The notes beneath the pieces were generated by a model. It made no database searches. It saw only the letters and a program-made list of their open reading frames with translations, and was not told where the DNA came from. A stretch of 64,000 nt of DNA, from NCBI GenBank assembly GCA_937901895.1, contig CALGTD010000042.1, positions 590 through 64,589 on the forward strand, read 5' to 3'. Below are positions 1 through 12,432 of the stretch, piece by piece. Each line of letters starts with the position of its first letter. Positions within the stretch are counted from its first letter, which is position 1. The translations under genes and the position numbers were made by a program. Source of the DNA: an uncultured Spartobacteria bacterium. Lineage in GTDB: Bacteria > Verrucomicrobiota > Verrucomicrobiia > Chthoniobacterales > JAATET01.

Positions 1-14
1 CGTATGATGCGGCG

Positions 15-758
15 ATGTTGGAGTCGTTGGGAATCGGCGGTTGGGCGGTGGCGGTGTTTGTCGCGCTGTGCGTGGGAATGGCGAAGACCGGTCTCGGCGG
101 CCTCGGCATGGTCGCCGTCGTCCTGATGGCGATGATTCTTCCGGCGCGGGAATCGACCGGCGCGCTCCTCACGCTGCTGATCGCCGCGGACGTCTATGCG
201 GTCGTCGCGTTCCGGCGGCATGCGGTGTGGTCGCAGGTGTTTGCCCTGCTCCCTCCTGCGTTCTTCGGAATCGTCTGCGGGTATTTTCTGATGCCGCAGA
301 TTCCGGATGAGATGTTCCGTCACATGATTGGCTGGATCACGCTGGTGCTCCTTGTGCTTCTCGTGTGGCAACGATGGGGAAATCCCGGCGCGCGGATTGC
401 CGGGCATCCGGCGCTGGCGTGGCTTGCGGGCTGGGCGAGCGGAGTGACCACCATGGTGGCGAACGCCGCCGGGCCCGTGATGACCTTGTATCTCCTCGCC
501 CGCCGGATGCCGAAGATGGAGTTCGTTGGAACGGCGGCCTGGTTCTTCTTCGTGGTCAACCTCTCGAAGGTGCCGTTCAGCCTGGCGCTTGGACTGGTCA
601 CATGGGAATCCCTGTGGCTGACGGCGGTGCTGATTCCCGCGATCATCGTGGGCGGCTTCTGCGGGAGGTGGATCGTCGACAGAATCGATCAGCGCGTGTT
701 CGAGCTTTTAATGATCGGATTCACCTTTGTCGGGGCGATCCGGCTGCTGTGGCGGTGA
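15..758 (+). CDS. TauE/SafE (DUF81)-family anion exporter-like membrane protein
   Basis: 247-aa ORF, almost entirely hydrophobic, with multiple predicted TM helices and Gly-rich helix motifs (GMAKTGLGGLG, ANAAGPVMT) typical of TauE/SafE permeases. The frame is open to the window edge, so the true start could lie upstream. Confidence 0.6.
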   Translation: MLESLGIGGWAVAVFVALCVGMAKTGLGGLGMVAVVLMAMILPARESTGALLTLLIAADVYAVVAFRRHAVWSQVFALLPPAFFGIVCGYFLMPQIPDEMFRHMIGWITLVLLVLLVWQRWGNPGARIAGHPALAWLAGWASGVTTMVANAAGPVMTLYLLARRMPKMEFVGTAAWFFFVVNLSKVPFSLALGLVTWESLWLTAVLIPAIIVGGFCGRWIVDRIDQRVFELLMIGFTFVGAIRLLWR

Positions 759-2144
759 GCAGTCCGCGGCCACGACGACGCGCGCTCCCGACACGGAAAC
801 CACGCGGACTTTCGTTCCGGCCTCGATGAATTCGCCGTCGGTGACGACGTCCACCGGGCACGAGTCGAACTCTGCGGAGCCCGCAGGGCGCAGGATGGTT
901 CGGGCGGTGCCGACGTCGCCGACCTGAACGACCGGTTGCGCCGTGGTCGCAGGCTCGATGGCCGGGCCGACAGGGCTTGCGGTCGAAAGAACAAGGCGGC
1001 GGAAGACCGGGAGGCTTGGGAAAAAGCGTGCCAGCAGCGAGATTCCGACAATTGCCGCAGCGATCGCGATGGCGAGGTTCAATGCCGGCATGGCCAGCTG
1101 CGAGGGGTCGGGCAATACGGGATCGCCCGGAAAATGGTCGACCATCGCGAACAGGATTGCGCCGAGCATGAGAATGATGCCCAAGGCGGCCATGACGAAG
1201 ATCCCCGGGAAAAAGAAGACTTCGACAAACACGAGGACGAGTCCGAGCACGAAGACGGCGGCGACCTCCATGCCCGTGAGGCCTGCGAGATGATGACCGA
1301 GGAAGAAAATCGCGAAGCAGGTCAGGGACAGCACGCCCGCGACGCCGAAACCCGGCGTCTTGAACTCGATGTAGGCGGCGATGATTCCGCCAAGGAGGAA
1401 CAGCGGCGCAAGCGTCGTAATGAGCAGCGCGAGTCGTTCGAAGCCGCTGGGCTGGATCTCGACGGTCCGTCCGGTGAGGCCGGCCTGCTGCTTGAGTTGA
1501 TCGAGCGTGTCAGCAACGCCATCCGCGAGGAGGCGCTTGCCGTCATAATCCCTGACGGCTTCCTGCGCGTTCAACGTGAGGAGCGAGCCGGCGGGGCTGA
1601 TCACATCGTCGCCGATCTTGAACTCCTTGTCCGCGTCCATGAAGGCATCGACGAGGTTCGGGTTGTAGCCGTTTTGCGAGGCGACGCCGCGAAAATAGGC
1701 GGAGCTGTAGGAGGTCGCCTTGAGCTTCATCGTTTCGGGAATGTCCTCGCCGGATCCCAGAACCGGGGCGGCGGCGCCGATCGCGCTGATCGGGGCCATG
1801 TAGACATGTCTGGTGCCGAGCGCGATGAGCGCGCCTGCGGAGGCGGCGTTGGGATTCACCCACGTGTAGGTGGGGATGGTCGCCTTCGAAAGCAGCCCCA
1901 CGATCTTCTGCGTTACGCCGAGTTCGCCTCCGGGCGTGTCCATGTCGAGAACGAACGCGGACGCCTTCGCCTCCTCGGCATTTTTGAGCACGCGGCGAAG
2001 GAAGGCGAACTGCGCGGAGGTCACCGGACCCTCGAGCGGCACAACCACCACGTCGCCCTCGTGGATATCCGGATCGACCGCGAAAGCCGCCGGACAGACG
2101 AGGGCGAGGATCGCAAGGACGGCTGGAAGTTTGAGAAAATGCAT
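708..2144 (-). CDS. NfeD-family membrane-bound ClpP-class serine protease
   Basis: Start moved to ATG 2144, giving the signal peptide MHFLKLPAVLAILALVCPAAFA. It has an N-terminal ClpP-like domain (VLDMDTPGGELG), a central block of TM helices and a C-terminal NfeD OB-fold-like segment (RPAGSAEFDSCPVDVVTDGEFIEAGTKVRVV). The 3' tail overlaps the convergent TauE gene by 51 nt. Confidence 0.65.
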   Translation of the reverse strand: MHFLKLPAVLAILALVCPAAFAVDPDIHEGDVVVVPLEGPVTSAQFAFLRRVLKNAEEAKASAFVLDMDTPGGELGVTQKIVGLLSKATIPTYTWVNPNAASAGALIALGTRHVYMAPISAIGAAAPVLGSGEDIPETMKLKATSYSSAYFRGVASQNGYNPNLVDAFMDADKEFKIGDDVISPAGSLLTLNAQEAVRDYDGKRLLADGVADTLDQLKQQAGLTGRTVEIQPSGFERLALLITTLAPLFLLGGIIAAYIEFKTPGFGVAGVLSLTCFAIFFLGHHLAGLTGMEVAAVFVLGLVLVFVEVFFFPGIFVMAALGIILMLGAILFAMVDHFPGDPVLPDPSQLAMPALNLAIAIAAAIVGISLLARFFPSLPVFRRLVLSTASPVGPAIEPATTAQPVVQVGDVGTARTILRPAGSAEFDSCPVDVVTDGEFIEAGTKVRVVSVSGARVVVAADCSPPQQPDRPDKGESDH

Positions 2145-2205
2145 AATCCTTCGCGCCGCGTGCGCTCTCCTGTAGATACTGCCTCCGTTCCCGCAATTCA
2201 ACGTC

Positions 2206-3977
2206 ATGGCCCGCATTCCCGAGGATACCGTCGAACGCATCGCCGCGGCGAGCGACATCGTGGACATCATCGGTTCGCACATGCAGCTCAAGCGCGCGGG
2301 TTCGAGCTGGAAGGGGCTTTGTCCGTTCCATCACGAGAAGACGCCGTCGTTCCATGTGAATCCGGCGCGCCAGACCTACAAGTGCTTCGGTTGCGGGGCC
2401 GGAGGCGGAGTCTTCCGGTTCGTGATGGATTACGAGCACGTCGATTTCCAGACGGCGGTGCGACGCCTTGCCTCGCGGGCGAACATCCCGGTGGAGGAGG
2501 AGTCGCCCGAGGACCGGCACCGCCGCGGAGAGCGGGACCGCCTGCTTGCGCTGCACCGCGACGCGGCGGCGTGGTTTCACGAAAACCTCATGCGGAGAAA
2601 GATAGCCGCCCACGCCCGCGAGTATCTCAAGCAGCGGGGCATTGGGTCCGAAATTGCCGTGCGCTGGCAGCTCGGCTACGCGCCGGATTCGTGGGACGCG
2701 CTTGGCGGCGTGCTCCGCGACCGGGGTTACACGCCGGCCGAGATTGCGAAGAGCGGTCTGGTCACGCGAAAGGAAGGGCGGTCGGGGGATGGAAAATCGG
2801 GAAGCTTCTACGACCGGTTTCGCAACCGCCTGATGTTTCCGATTTCGAGCGACTACGGGGATGTCATCGCGTTCAGCGGACGAACGCTGGGGGACGATCC
2901 TGCGAAATACGTGAACTCGCCGGAGACCCCGCTTTTCACGAAGGGCCGCGTCCTCTTTGGACTCGACCGGACAAAGCGTGCGATCATCGACGCCAACGAG
3001 GCGGTGGTCTGCGAAGGGCAGCTCGATTTGATCGCGGCCTACGAGGCGGGCATCCGAAATGTCACCGCGCCGCAGGGGACCGCATTCACCCCGGACCAGG
3101 CGCGCATGCTCAAGCGGCTCGCCGAGTCGGTGGTGCTGTGTTTCGACTCCGACGACGCAGGGCGCAAGGCGGTGGAGCGATCGCTTCCCGCGCTGCTGTC
3201 GTGCGGGATGAATGTTCGCGTCGCCCGCGTCCCTGCCGGGGAGGATCCGGATTCGCTGGTTCGGAAGCACGGAGCCGACGCGTTGCGCGGCGTGGTCGAT
3301 GCGGCGAAGGATTATTTCGACAACACGCTCGATGAACGGCTTTCCTCCGGCATTTCTCCGCAACGCCGCGCCGCGCTGGCGCGCCAGCTCGCCGGATATG
3401 TGAAGACAATCGCGGATCCCGCGCTGCGCGAAACCGTGGCGCAACGGGTTCGCGTGCGGCTGGAACTGACAGAGGCGGCGTTCGGTGCGCTTTTGAAGAG
3501 TGCTCCGAGGCCGGACGTGGATCGCGAGCCGGAGGTCCCGGAAGTTCCCGAACAGAGTGAAGTCGAGCTTCCCGAATCCGCGCGACTCCTGTGCCGGCTG
3601 GCGATCCTGTCACCCGAGGCGCGGGAATGGATGCGCGCCCGGCCGGAGCGGCCGTCGGAGGTCTTCGGTTCCGGGTTTGCCCTGCTGGAGGCGTTGCTGG
3701 AATCGGACGCGGCGATTGAGAATCCGCCGGCGCTGGCGGCATTTTCCGCGACGCTGTCCCCCGCGCAGGAACGGGCGCTGGCGGGAATCCGCCTTGGCAG
3801 GCCGCCGGAGAATCCGGTCGCGGTCGCGCAGGAGGGCTGGAAGGGATTGATAAGGGGGCGGATTCGCGCGCAAATTACTGCGCTTCAGACGCGGATGCGC
3901 CTGCCGGAGACGGGGATGGCGGAGGCCGCGGAACTGCATAAACAAATCCTTGACCTCCAGAAGCGGCTGGGGGAAGT

Positions 3978-3981
<4 letters not shown>
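2206..3981 (+). CDS. dnaG: DNA primase
   Basis: CHC2 zinc finger ([29 protein letters not shown]), a Toprim region ([16 protein letters not shown]...[11 protein letters not shown]), and the conserved dnaG-rpoD gene order. Confidence 0.95.
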
Positions 3982-6098
<2,117 letters not shown>

Positions 6099-6145
6099 TT
6101 TGGGCTTTTCATTCGGTAGCGGCTTCCCGTGAAATCCCTTCCGGG

Positions 6146-6574
6146 ATGCCGCCATCGGAGAAACGAACGAATTCGCCGGAACTTTTCCGGCCGGGCGGGG
6201 TTGATTCCCGTGAAGACATGATGGACGAATCGGACATCGAGCTCCGGCAGGACCGGGCTCTGTGGGATCTCCTCGGACGGGCTCGTCCGGTGGAGGCATC
6301 GCCGTTCTTCGCCCGGAAGGTGCTCCGCGCCATCGAGGAAGCTCCCGCCCCGGTTCCGTTTTGGGTGCGTTGGATGCGGATGGCGGTGCCCGTCGGCGCG
6401 TGTGCGGCGCTTGCCATCGCGGTTCTCGCCGGGTTGCAGGGTTCGCAGCCGAGAACGGTGGTTTCCTCCGACCCGGGACTGGAGTTCGATACCATCGAAA
6501 ACCTCGACCTGCTGGTCGCCAATTACGAATCCTCACTATGGCTGAATGCCTCCGTATCCTCGCCGGCGTTTTAG
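6146..6574 (+). CDS. Hypothetical single-pass membrane protein, anti-sigma-factor-like
   Basis: 142-aa ORF with a cytoplasmic N-terminus (DRALWDLLGRARPVEASPFFARKVLRAIEE) followed by one TM helix (MAVPVGACAALAIAVLAGL). This layout is typical of small anti-sigma-like proteins. The start could instead be MMDESD near 6218. Confidence 0.45.
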   Translation: MPPSEKRTNSPELFRPGGVDSREDMMDESDIELRQDRALWDLLGRARPVEASPFFARKVLRAIEEAPAPVPFWVRWMRMAVPVGACAALAIAVLAGLQGSQPRTVVSSDPGLEFDTIENLDLLVANYESSLWLNASVSSPAF

Positions 6575-7068
6575 CCATTTCCAGTGCGGGCTGCCTTTTA
6601 GCCGCCCCGCCGCCCCCGCCCGGAGGAACTCCTGGCCGCCCGCAGGCGGAAAAGAAGGGGCCTCACGACGGCGATGACTGGATGTCGCATCCCAAATTCA
6701 AGGAGCGTCTGGAGAAGATGTCTCCGGAAGAGCGGAAGCACTTCGAAGAGAACTGGAAGCGCTGGAAGGAAATGAGCGAGCACGAGCGCAAGGAGTGGCA
6801 GCGCCGGGCCGCGGAGGCTCGTGCGCGGATGGAGAAGGCCATCGACGAGACGCTTGCCAAACTCGACCTCACGCTCGACAAGGATCGTCGCGAAGTCTTT
6901 GCCCTGCGCTACCGTCAGGAGCGCAGAAAGATCGAGGAGGAGCTTTGCAACGAAATGAGCGAGCGCCGTCAGGAAATGATCGACGGGATGCTCCAGCGGC
7001 TGAAGACCGAGTTCAGTAGTGGCTCGGAGCAGCCGGCCGCACCTGCTTCGCCCGAGAAGGAAAACTGA
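6538..7068 (+). CDS. Secreted charged helical protein, DUF3106-like
   Basis: Start chosen at ATG 6538, giving the signal peptide MAECLRILAGVLAISSAGCLLAAP. It has a repeated SPEER/W motif (MSPEERKHFEENWKRWKEMSEHERKEWQRR) and a highly charged helical remainder. It overlaps the previous ORF by 37 nt. Confidence 0.5.
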   Translation: MAECLRILAGVLAISSAGCLLAAPPPPPGGTPGRPQAEKKGPHDGDDWMSHPKFKERLEKMSPEERKHFEENWKRWKEMSEHERKEWQRRAAEARARMEKAIDETLAKLDLTLDKDRREVFALRYRQERRKIEEELCNEMSERRQEMIDGMLQRLKTEFSSGSEQPAAPASPEKEN

Positions 7069-7069
7069 C

Positions 7070-7750
7070 TCAGTCGTCGATGACGACGGGCGTTCCGATT
7101 TTTACCCGCTCGTAGAAGAGCGGTGCGATGTCGGCGGGCATGCGAATACAGCCGTGCGACGCGGGATAGCCGGGCAGATGGCCAACGTGCATGCCGACGC
7201 CCTGCCACGTGAGCCGCATGAAAAACTGCATCGGGGCCCCCTGAAAACGGGTCCCGCTGGGTGCGGAATCCACCCGTGTGCTGACCCCGCTTCGCACCAC
7301 CTGCCCGCGGCTGTTCACGAAATTTCCGTAGATATTCGAACGGTGGTCCTTGTCCTTCTCCAGGACCGTGAAGCTTCCCTTCGGCGTCATTCCGGCCTTT
7401 TTCCCGGTGGAAACGGGCGTGTCGATCGCGATCTCGTCGCCCATCATCAGGTAGGCGCGCTGCTTGCCGAGCGAAACGAACACGCGGGAGTTCTCCGGAT
7501 TGGTGCGTTCGAGGACGCGGGGAACGACCTTCGGTTGCGCCTGCTTGGAGATCAGCTCCGAAGCGGGCTTCTGCTTTGTCGGCTGCGGTTTCTTCGGCTG
7601 TTCGGTGGAGCGGGCCTGCGAGGATGGGGTTTCGCGGGTGTTCGTCGCGGGTGCGCCGGGAATCTGCTTCGGCGCAGCGGCAAGATCCGGGGATCCACCG
7701 GCGACGAGGAGCGCGAGAATCGCGGCACGGGTGGGAAGAAAAAATCGCAT
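7070..7750 (-). CDS. L,D-transpeptidase (YkuD family)
   Basis: Catalytic motif GVGMHVGHLPGYPASHGCIRMP. The signal peptide is MRFFLPTRAAILALLVAGG when the start is set at ATG 7750. Confidence 0.85.
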   Translation of the reverse strand: MRFFLPTRAAILALLVAGGSPDLAAAPKQIPGAPATNTRETPSSQARSTEQPKKPQPTKQKPASELISKQAQPKVVPRVLERTNPENSRVFVSLGKQRAYLMMGDEIAIDTPVSTGKKAGMTPKGSFTVLEKDKDHRSNIYGNFVNSRGQVVRSGVSTRVDSAPSGTRFQGAPMQFFMRLTWQGVGMHVGHLPGYPASHGCIRMPADIAPLFYERVKIGTPVVIDD

Positions 7751-7792
7751 CGCTCTTGTGTCGGCTCCGTTGGACGTCAACTATCCGCATAG

Positions 7793-9598
7793 TTGCTGAA
7801 CAGAGACATTTCAACGACATTCCCCGGTTTGCGCTCCATTCGCCAGAGTTCCACCCGCCTTGCTTCACTCGCCATTGCGTGCGCAATGGTGTGGATCGCG
7901 GGTGCTGCCTTCGGCGATATCGAGCTGCCAAGCGTGCCGCCACCCCAGCCCAAGGCGGTCACGGTGGATTGCTACCTCGGAGAAAGCGTGGAGATTCCGC
8001 TGGAGGGATTGAGCCGGTCTGGATTTCAACTCCGGTTCCTGATTCGCAAAAAACCGGAGCTGGGAACACTTTCCGAGCCCGTTCCGACGAGCCGCACAAC
8101 GGCGACGATTGTCTACACGCACAACGAGGCTGCGGGACTGGGCGAGGATCGATTCCGATATGCGGTGCAGACGTCCAACACCGGAGTGTCGACGCCCGCC
8201 GAGATCGTGGTGCGCGTGATCGAGCGGCCGCCGTTGTTCACGGCGCCGTCGCGGCTCGATTTTCCGATGACGGCGGTGGGGGACGTTTCGCACCGTGAGC
8301 TGGAGATCAGCAACTCCGGCGGAGGCAACATTTCCGGCGAAGCGAAGGCGGCGGATCCGTGGAAGATTGTCACCGGCGGCCGCTACGACCTTGGTCCCGG
8401 GGACTCGCACTCGATTATTCTCGTCTTTGCGCCGTCGGAGGATCGCGATTACTCGGGCGCGATCGAGTTTTCGCATGCCGAGGGCACCAGTGTGGCGTTG
8501 TTCGGTCGGGGCTACGAACCGATCGGGGTGGTTCCCCGCGAACTGCGCCTGGGAAGCGACGGTCGCAGCGAGGTTCGTGGAACGACGTTCATCATTCGCA
8601 ACCGCTCCGATGTTGACCACGAACTTCGCATCGAAGCGCCCGAGGGCGTTCTCGTTGACGGAAAGGTGACCGTGCCCGCGAAGACGGAAGTCGACGTGGC
8701 GATGCACACGCGCACGGGATTTCTCGAGGCGTTGGACGGTTTTCTTCGGGTCACCGGCGAGCGAATCGATCTATCGGTCCCGCTGCACGTCGAGCCAGCA
8801 CCGGTCCGCCTCGCGGTGGATCGTGAGGAGATCGACTTCGGTGAACTCGGCTCCGGCCGCACGGGACGCCGGAAACTGGTGGTTCGAAACACGGGTGGCA
8901 CCCCTGCGGATTTGCGGGTGACGCTGCCTGAAGGGGGCGATATCCGCCCGCTGCCCTCTGCGGAGTTGCTTGCTCCCGGAGCCTCGCGGGAGTTTGAGAT
9001 GTCGTTTGTCCGGCTGGCAGAGGGCGAGGTGGAGACTGAGCTGACGGTCGAGGCCGCGAACTCGCGCATCGAGATTCCCGTGCGTGCAAAGATTCTGGCC
9101 ACCAAAGGCGAGCCGCCGGGAGGCGGTGCAGGCGAGCCCCAGATGCCGAATATCGATCTCGCGGACATCCCGCCTGTGCCGCAGATCACCGTCGTGGCGA
9201 AGAACGAGCGGGAGGTCGATGTGTCATGGAAAAAGACCGATCCCGACGTCGCCCGTTACGCGATCTTCCTGCGACGCATCGAAAAAAATGCGAAGGGGAA
9301 GGCAGTGTTTCGCTACGTGCTGCTCGAGCAGGCGAAGGTGCGGCTCGTGAGGGACGAGGCGCGGGCCACGATCCAGGGCTTCCGGCCCGGCGAGCAGATC
9401 ACAATCCAAATCGTCGGCTACGATGCGATGGGGCGGCCGTCGCCGGCATCGCCGCCGTTCACGATCTGGTCGAAGCCGGCCAAACCGGTGCGAATCCCAT
9501 GGACACTGCTTGCGATCCTCGGCCTCGTGATCGCCATCGTCATCGTGATTCGCGAACGGAGACGGCGACGCCTGGCGATGGAAACCTGGACGCCTTGA
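7793..9598 (+). CDS. Hypothetical cell-surface protein with repeated Ig-like (ASH/PapD-like) domains, an FN3-like domain and a C-terminal TM anchor
   Basis: 601-aa ORF with an N-terminal hydrophobic signal ([19 protein letters not shown]). It has repeated beta-rich modules ([28 protein letters not shown]; [28 protein letters not shown]). The C-terminus has a TM helix plus an Arg stop-transfer ([22 protein letters not shown]). The start is ambiguous: TTG 7793 or TTG 7829. Confidence 0.6.
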   Translation: MLNRDISTTFPGLRSIRQSSTRLASLAIACAMVWIAGAAFGDIELPSVPPPQPKAVTVDCYLGESVEIPLEGLSRSGFQLRFLIRKKPELGTLSEPVPTSRTTATIVYTHNEAAGLGEDRFRYAVQTSNTGVSTPAEIVVRVIERPPLFTAPSRLDFPMTAVGDVSHRELEISNSGGGNISGEAKAADPWKIVTGGRYDLGPGDSHSIILVFAPSEDRDYSGAIEFSHAEGTSVALFGRGYEPIGVVPRELRLGSDGRSEVRGTTFIIRNRSDVDHELRIEAPEGVLVDGKVTVPAKTEVDVAMHTRTGFLEALDGFLRVTGERIDLSVPLHVEPAPVRLAVDREEIDFGELGSGRTGRRKLVVRNTGGTPADLRVTLPEGGDIRPLPSAELLAPGASREFEMSFVRLAEGEVETELTVEAANSRIEIPVRAKILATKGEPPGGGAGEPQMPNIDLADIPPVPQITVVAKNEREVDVSWKKTDPDVARYAIFLRRIEKNAKGKAVFRYVLLEQAKVRLVRDEARATIQGFRPGEQITIQIVGYDAMGRPSPASPPFTIWSKPAKPVRIPWTLLAILGLVIAIVIVIRERRRRRLAMETWTP

Positions 9599-9668
9599 GA
9601 AATATCCTTGTTCGTCCCGTGTTCCGGGGCGCAACCTGCTGTCCGTAACCCTCAACCGCCATCAGCAT

Positions 9669-10679
9669 ATGCAACTCGGAATGATCGGTCTTGGACGAAT
9701 GGGCGCCAACATGGTGCGTCGCGTCATGAAACAAGGACACACCTGCGTCGTCTACGACACGAATCCGGAGGTGGTCAAAGAACTCGCAGGCGAGGGCGCG
9801 ATCCCTGCCGAGTCGCTGGCGGATCTCGTTTCCAAACTCGAGAAGCCGCGCAACGCGTGGATCATGATCCCCGCCGCGATCACCGACAAGATCGTCGACG
9901 AACTTGCCGCTCTTCTCGAGGCGGACGACACGATCATCGATGGCGGCAATTCCTATTTCCGGGATGACCGCAGACGCGCGGCACGGCTCCAACCGAAGGG
10001 CATCCATTATCTTGACGTCGGCACCAGCGGTGGAGTCTGGGGACTCGAGCGCGGATATTGCATGATGATCGGCGGAGACAAGGTGGCCGTGGAACGGCTC
10101 GATCCGATCTTCAAGGCGCTGGCCCCCGGTCGTGGGGACGTTCCGCGCACTCCCGGCCGCGAGAAGCTGGGCGGCACCGCCGAGGAAGGCTACCTCCATT
10201 GCGGCCCGTCGGGCGCGGGACATTTCGTCAAGATGGTTCACAACGGCATCGAATACGGGCTGATGGCCGCATACGGCGAAGGCCTCGACATCCTTGCCAA
10301 CGCGAATGTCGCCAACCGGGCGCACGCCGCCGATGCGGAAACCGCGCCGTTGATGAATCACGATCTCGTCTATGACCTCAACCTCGCGGACGTCACCGAG
10401 GTGTGGCGGCGTGGCAGCGTGATTTCCTCGTGGCTCCTCGATCTGGCGGCCGCCGCCTTCGCGGAGGATCCAGAGCTCTCGAAGTTCACGGGCCGCGTGT
10501 CCGATTCCGGCGAGGGCCGGTGGACGATCATGGCGGCGATCGACGAGGCGGTGGATTGCGAGGTGCTCACGGCAGCGCTCTACGCGCGATTCCGCTCGCG
10601 GAAGGAGCACACCGTTGCGGAGAAGGTCTGCTCGGCGATGCGCTACCAGTTTGGCGGTCATCTCGAGAAGACCTCCTAG
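9669..10679 (+). CDS. gnd: 6-phosphogluconate dehydrogenase (decarboxylating), short YqeC/Gnd-like form
   Basis: N-terminal Rossmann motif [19 protein letters not shown], plus conserved core motifs ([29 protein letters not shown]). Confidence 0.85.
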   Translation: MQLGMIGLGRMGANMVRRVMKQGHTCVVYDTNPEVVKELAGEGAIPAESLADLVSKLEKPRNAWIMIPAAITDKIVDELAALLEADDTIIDGGNSYFRDDRRRAARLQPKGIHYLDVGTSGGVWGLERGYCMMIGGDKVAVERLDPIFKALAPGRGDVPRTPGREKLGGTAEEGYLHCGPSGAGHFVKMVHNGIEYGLMAAYGEGLDILANANVANRAHAADAETAPLMNHDLVYDLNLADVTEVWRRGSVISSWLLDLAAAAFAEDPELSKFTGRVSDSGEGRWTIMAAIDEAVDCEVLTAALYARFRSRKEHTVAEKVCSAMRYQFGGHLEKTS

Positions 10680-10718
10680 TCCGCCGTCTCAGTCCGCGGG
10701 CTGAAAGCAGAACGAGTC

Positions 10719-11963
10719 ATGTTCGACGTGGCGATCATTGGTGGAGGGCCGGCGGGCAGCACGGCCGCCACGTTGCTCGCGCAGAAGGGCAGGAGCGTGG
10801 TCGTGTTCGAGCGCGAGAAGTTCCCTCGCTTCCACATCGGCGAGTCGCTGCTTCCGTTCAGCATGGGGGCGTTCGATCGCATGGGCGTGACGTCCAAAAT
10901 CGAGGCCGCGGGATACATGAAGAAATTCGGGGCCGAGATCATGACCAGCGACGGCTCCCGCGACACCCGCTTCTATTTCAAGGATGGGTTTCGTTCGCAG
11001 CGGGAGTCGGCATTCCAAGTGCTGCGGTCGGATTTCGACAAGTTGCTGCTCGACCATGCCGCGGAATGCGGCGCGGACGTTCGCGAGGAGACGTCAGTCG
11101 ACGACCTGGAATTTCTTTCGGATCGTGTCGCACTGAAGGTCCGCCCTCGCGGTGCGGAGGTGGAGACCATCGAAGCCCGGTATCTGCTCGACTGCAGCGG
11201 CCGGCACACGGTCGTTGGCTCGAAGTTCGACCTGAAACGCGCGTATCCAAATCTGCGAAAGTTTGCCGTCTATGCGCACTACAACGGCGTCCCGCTTCCG
11301 GAGGGGATCGACGGAACGCTCACGCGGATGGTGCGCGCGGAGGATTATTGGTTCTGGATGATTCCGCTCTCGATGACGCGGACGAGCGTGGGAGTGGTGA
11401 TGGACACCGACTTCTTCAAGCGCCAGAGCGGCTCTCCGGAGATGGCGCTGGAACGGTTGATTCAGGAATCCCCGGTCATGTCGGAGCGGATGAAATCCGC
11501 GGAGCGCGTGACGAAGGTTTACGCCAGCGGCGACTATTCGTATCGCAACCGGCGACTTGCCGGAGACCGCTGGTTGCTCGCGGGCGACGCGGCGGGATTT
11601 ATCGATCCGATTTTCAGCAGCGGGGTGTTTCTGGCGATCCTCGGGGGTGAGCAGGCGGCGGATGCCTTCGACCTCGCGCTTCGCGAGCCGCACCGTCGTG
11701 CGGAGGCCTTTCGATCCCACGCCCGGCGACTGGACGCCGTGATGAGGCTGTATCTGCGTTTCGTGGAGGGCTGGTATCGGCGGGAGTTTGTCGAAACGCT
11801 TCTCAATCCGCGCGAGTTTTTCGAGGTCGTGCCGGCAGTGAACGCCGTGCTCGCGGGAAACCTCGGCGGCTCCTTCGACATGCGCTGGAGGCTGTGGCTG
11901 TTTCACGCCATCGTCGCGCTGCAGCGATTCACGCCGATTTCCCCCCGCCTGCAAACGGCCTGA
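10719..11963 (+). CDS. FAD-dependent oxidoreductase (geranylgeranyl-reductase / halogenase-like family)
   Basis: FAD dinucleotide fold MFDVAIIGGGPAGSTAATLLAQKGRSVVVFEREKFPRFHIGESLLP, and a later GDAAGFIDPIFSSGV motif. Confidence 0.8.
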   Translation: MFDVAIIGGGPAGSTAATLLAQKGRSVVVFEREKFPRFHIGESLLPFSMGAFDRMGVTSKIEAAGYMKKFGAEIMTSDGSRDTRFYFKDGFRSQRESAFQVLRSDFDKLLLDHAAECGADVREETSVDDLEFLSDRVALKVRPRGAEVETIEARYLLDCSGRHTVVGSKFDLKRAYPNLRKFAVYAHYNGVPLPEGIDGTLTRMVRAEDYWFWMIPLSMTRTSVGVVMDTDFFKRQSGSPEMALERLIQESPVMSERMKSAERVTKVYASGDYSYRNRRLAGDRWLLAGDAAGFIDPIFSSGVFLAILGGEQAADAFDLALREPHRRAEAFRSHARRLDAVMRLYLRFVEGWYRREFVETLLNPREFFEVVPAVNAVLAGNLGGSFDMRWRLWLFHAIVALQRFTPISPRLQTA

Positions 11964-11964
11964 C

Positions 11965-12432
11965 ATGAGGAAACTTGCGGGATGCGCGGCGCTGTGGCTG
12001 CTTGCCGGCTGCGCAACGGTCACGCCGGATTTCGAGGTGCGCGAGACGAAGTCGGCCGCGGTGGAATGGCGCATGGAAGGGGAGAGGGTTGAGCTGCGTG
12101 CGGAGTATTCCCGCGGCGATGGAGATGCCCTGCGACTTGTGGTGGTTCGGGGCCGGCCGGTGCTGGTGCTGACTCGAATGCGCGGGGAATGGATCGCTTC
12201 AGGCGTCCTTGCCAGGGGCGGCTGGCGTGGCAACTGGAACACCGCACCGCGCGAGCTGGGTGGCTGGCTGTGTCTGGCCGAGGCCATCGACGCCGGTGGC
12301 CATGCCCCGGAAGGCTTATCGGAGTTTCGCACCGGTCGGATGAGTGTTCGCTATGCGAAGCCCGGCGGCGTGCTCCGCGAAATCGAGCTGGCAGCTGTTG
12401 CGACGGACGACCGTTTCCGGGTGAGATTCTAG
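11965..12432 (+). CDS. Small lipoprotein (possibly DUF3261-like)
   Basis: Lipobox signal MRKLAGCAALWLLAGC|AT. It starts 2 nt after the oxidoreductase stop. The family assignment is only a guess. Confidence 0.55.
   Translation: MRKLAGCAALWLLAGCATVTPDFEVRETKSAAVEWRMEGERVELRAEYSRGDGDALRLVVVRGRPVLVLTRMRGEWIASGVLARGGWRGNWNTAPRELGGWLCLAEAIDAGGHAPEGLSEFRTGRMSVRYAKPGGVLREIELAAVATDDRFRVRF

Noticed and set aside
708-758. The 51-nt convergent overlap of the TauE-like and NfeD genes, and the shared-stop palindrome at 12429-12432, considered as possible antisense regulatory devices.
   Set aside because: The NfeD overlap is a non-conserved-looking C-terminal tail after the OB-fold domain. Such overlaps are common in compact GC-rich genomes. 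There is no independent evidence of regulation.
936-3335. 799-aa + strand ORF. Similar very long ORFs occur at 1543-3444(-), 4368-6578(-), 26455-28410(-), 37284-39428(-), 44691-46448(+), 47318-49039(-), 55926-58382(-), 23999-25549(+) and 19605-21140(-).
   Set aside because: All lie antisense to, or out of frame with, genes that carry unmistakable conserved motifs (nfeD, dnaG, rpoD, alaS, mnmE, the gspE-like gene, glnD, pheT, hisS, the HK gene). Their translations are Arg/Gly/Pro/Ala-rich low-complexity sequences, typical of shadow ORFs in GC-rich DNA.
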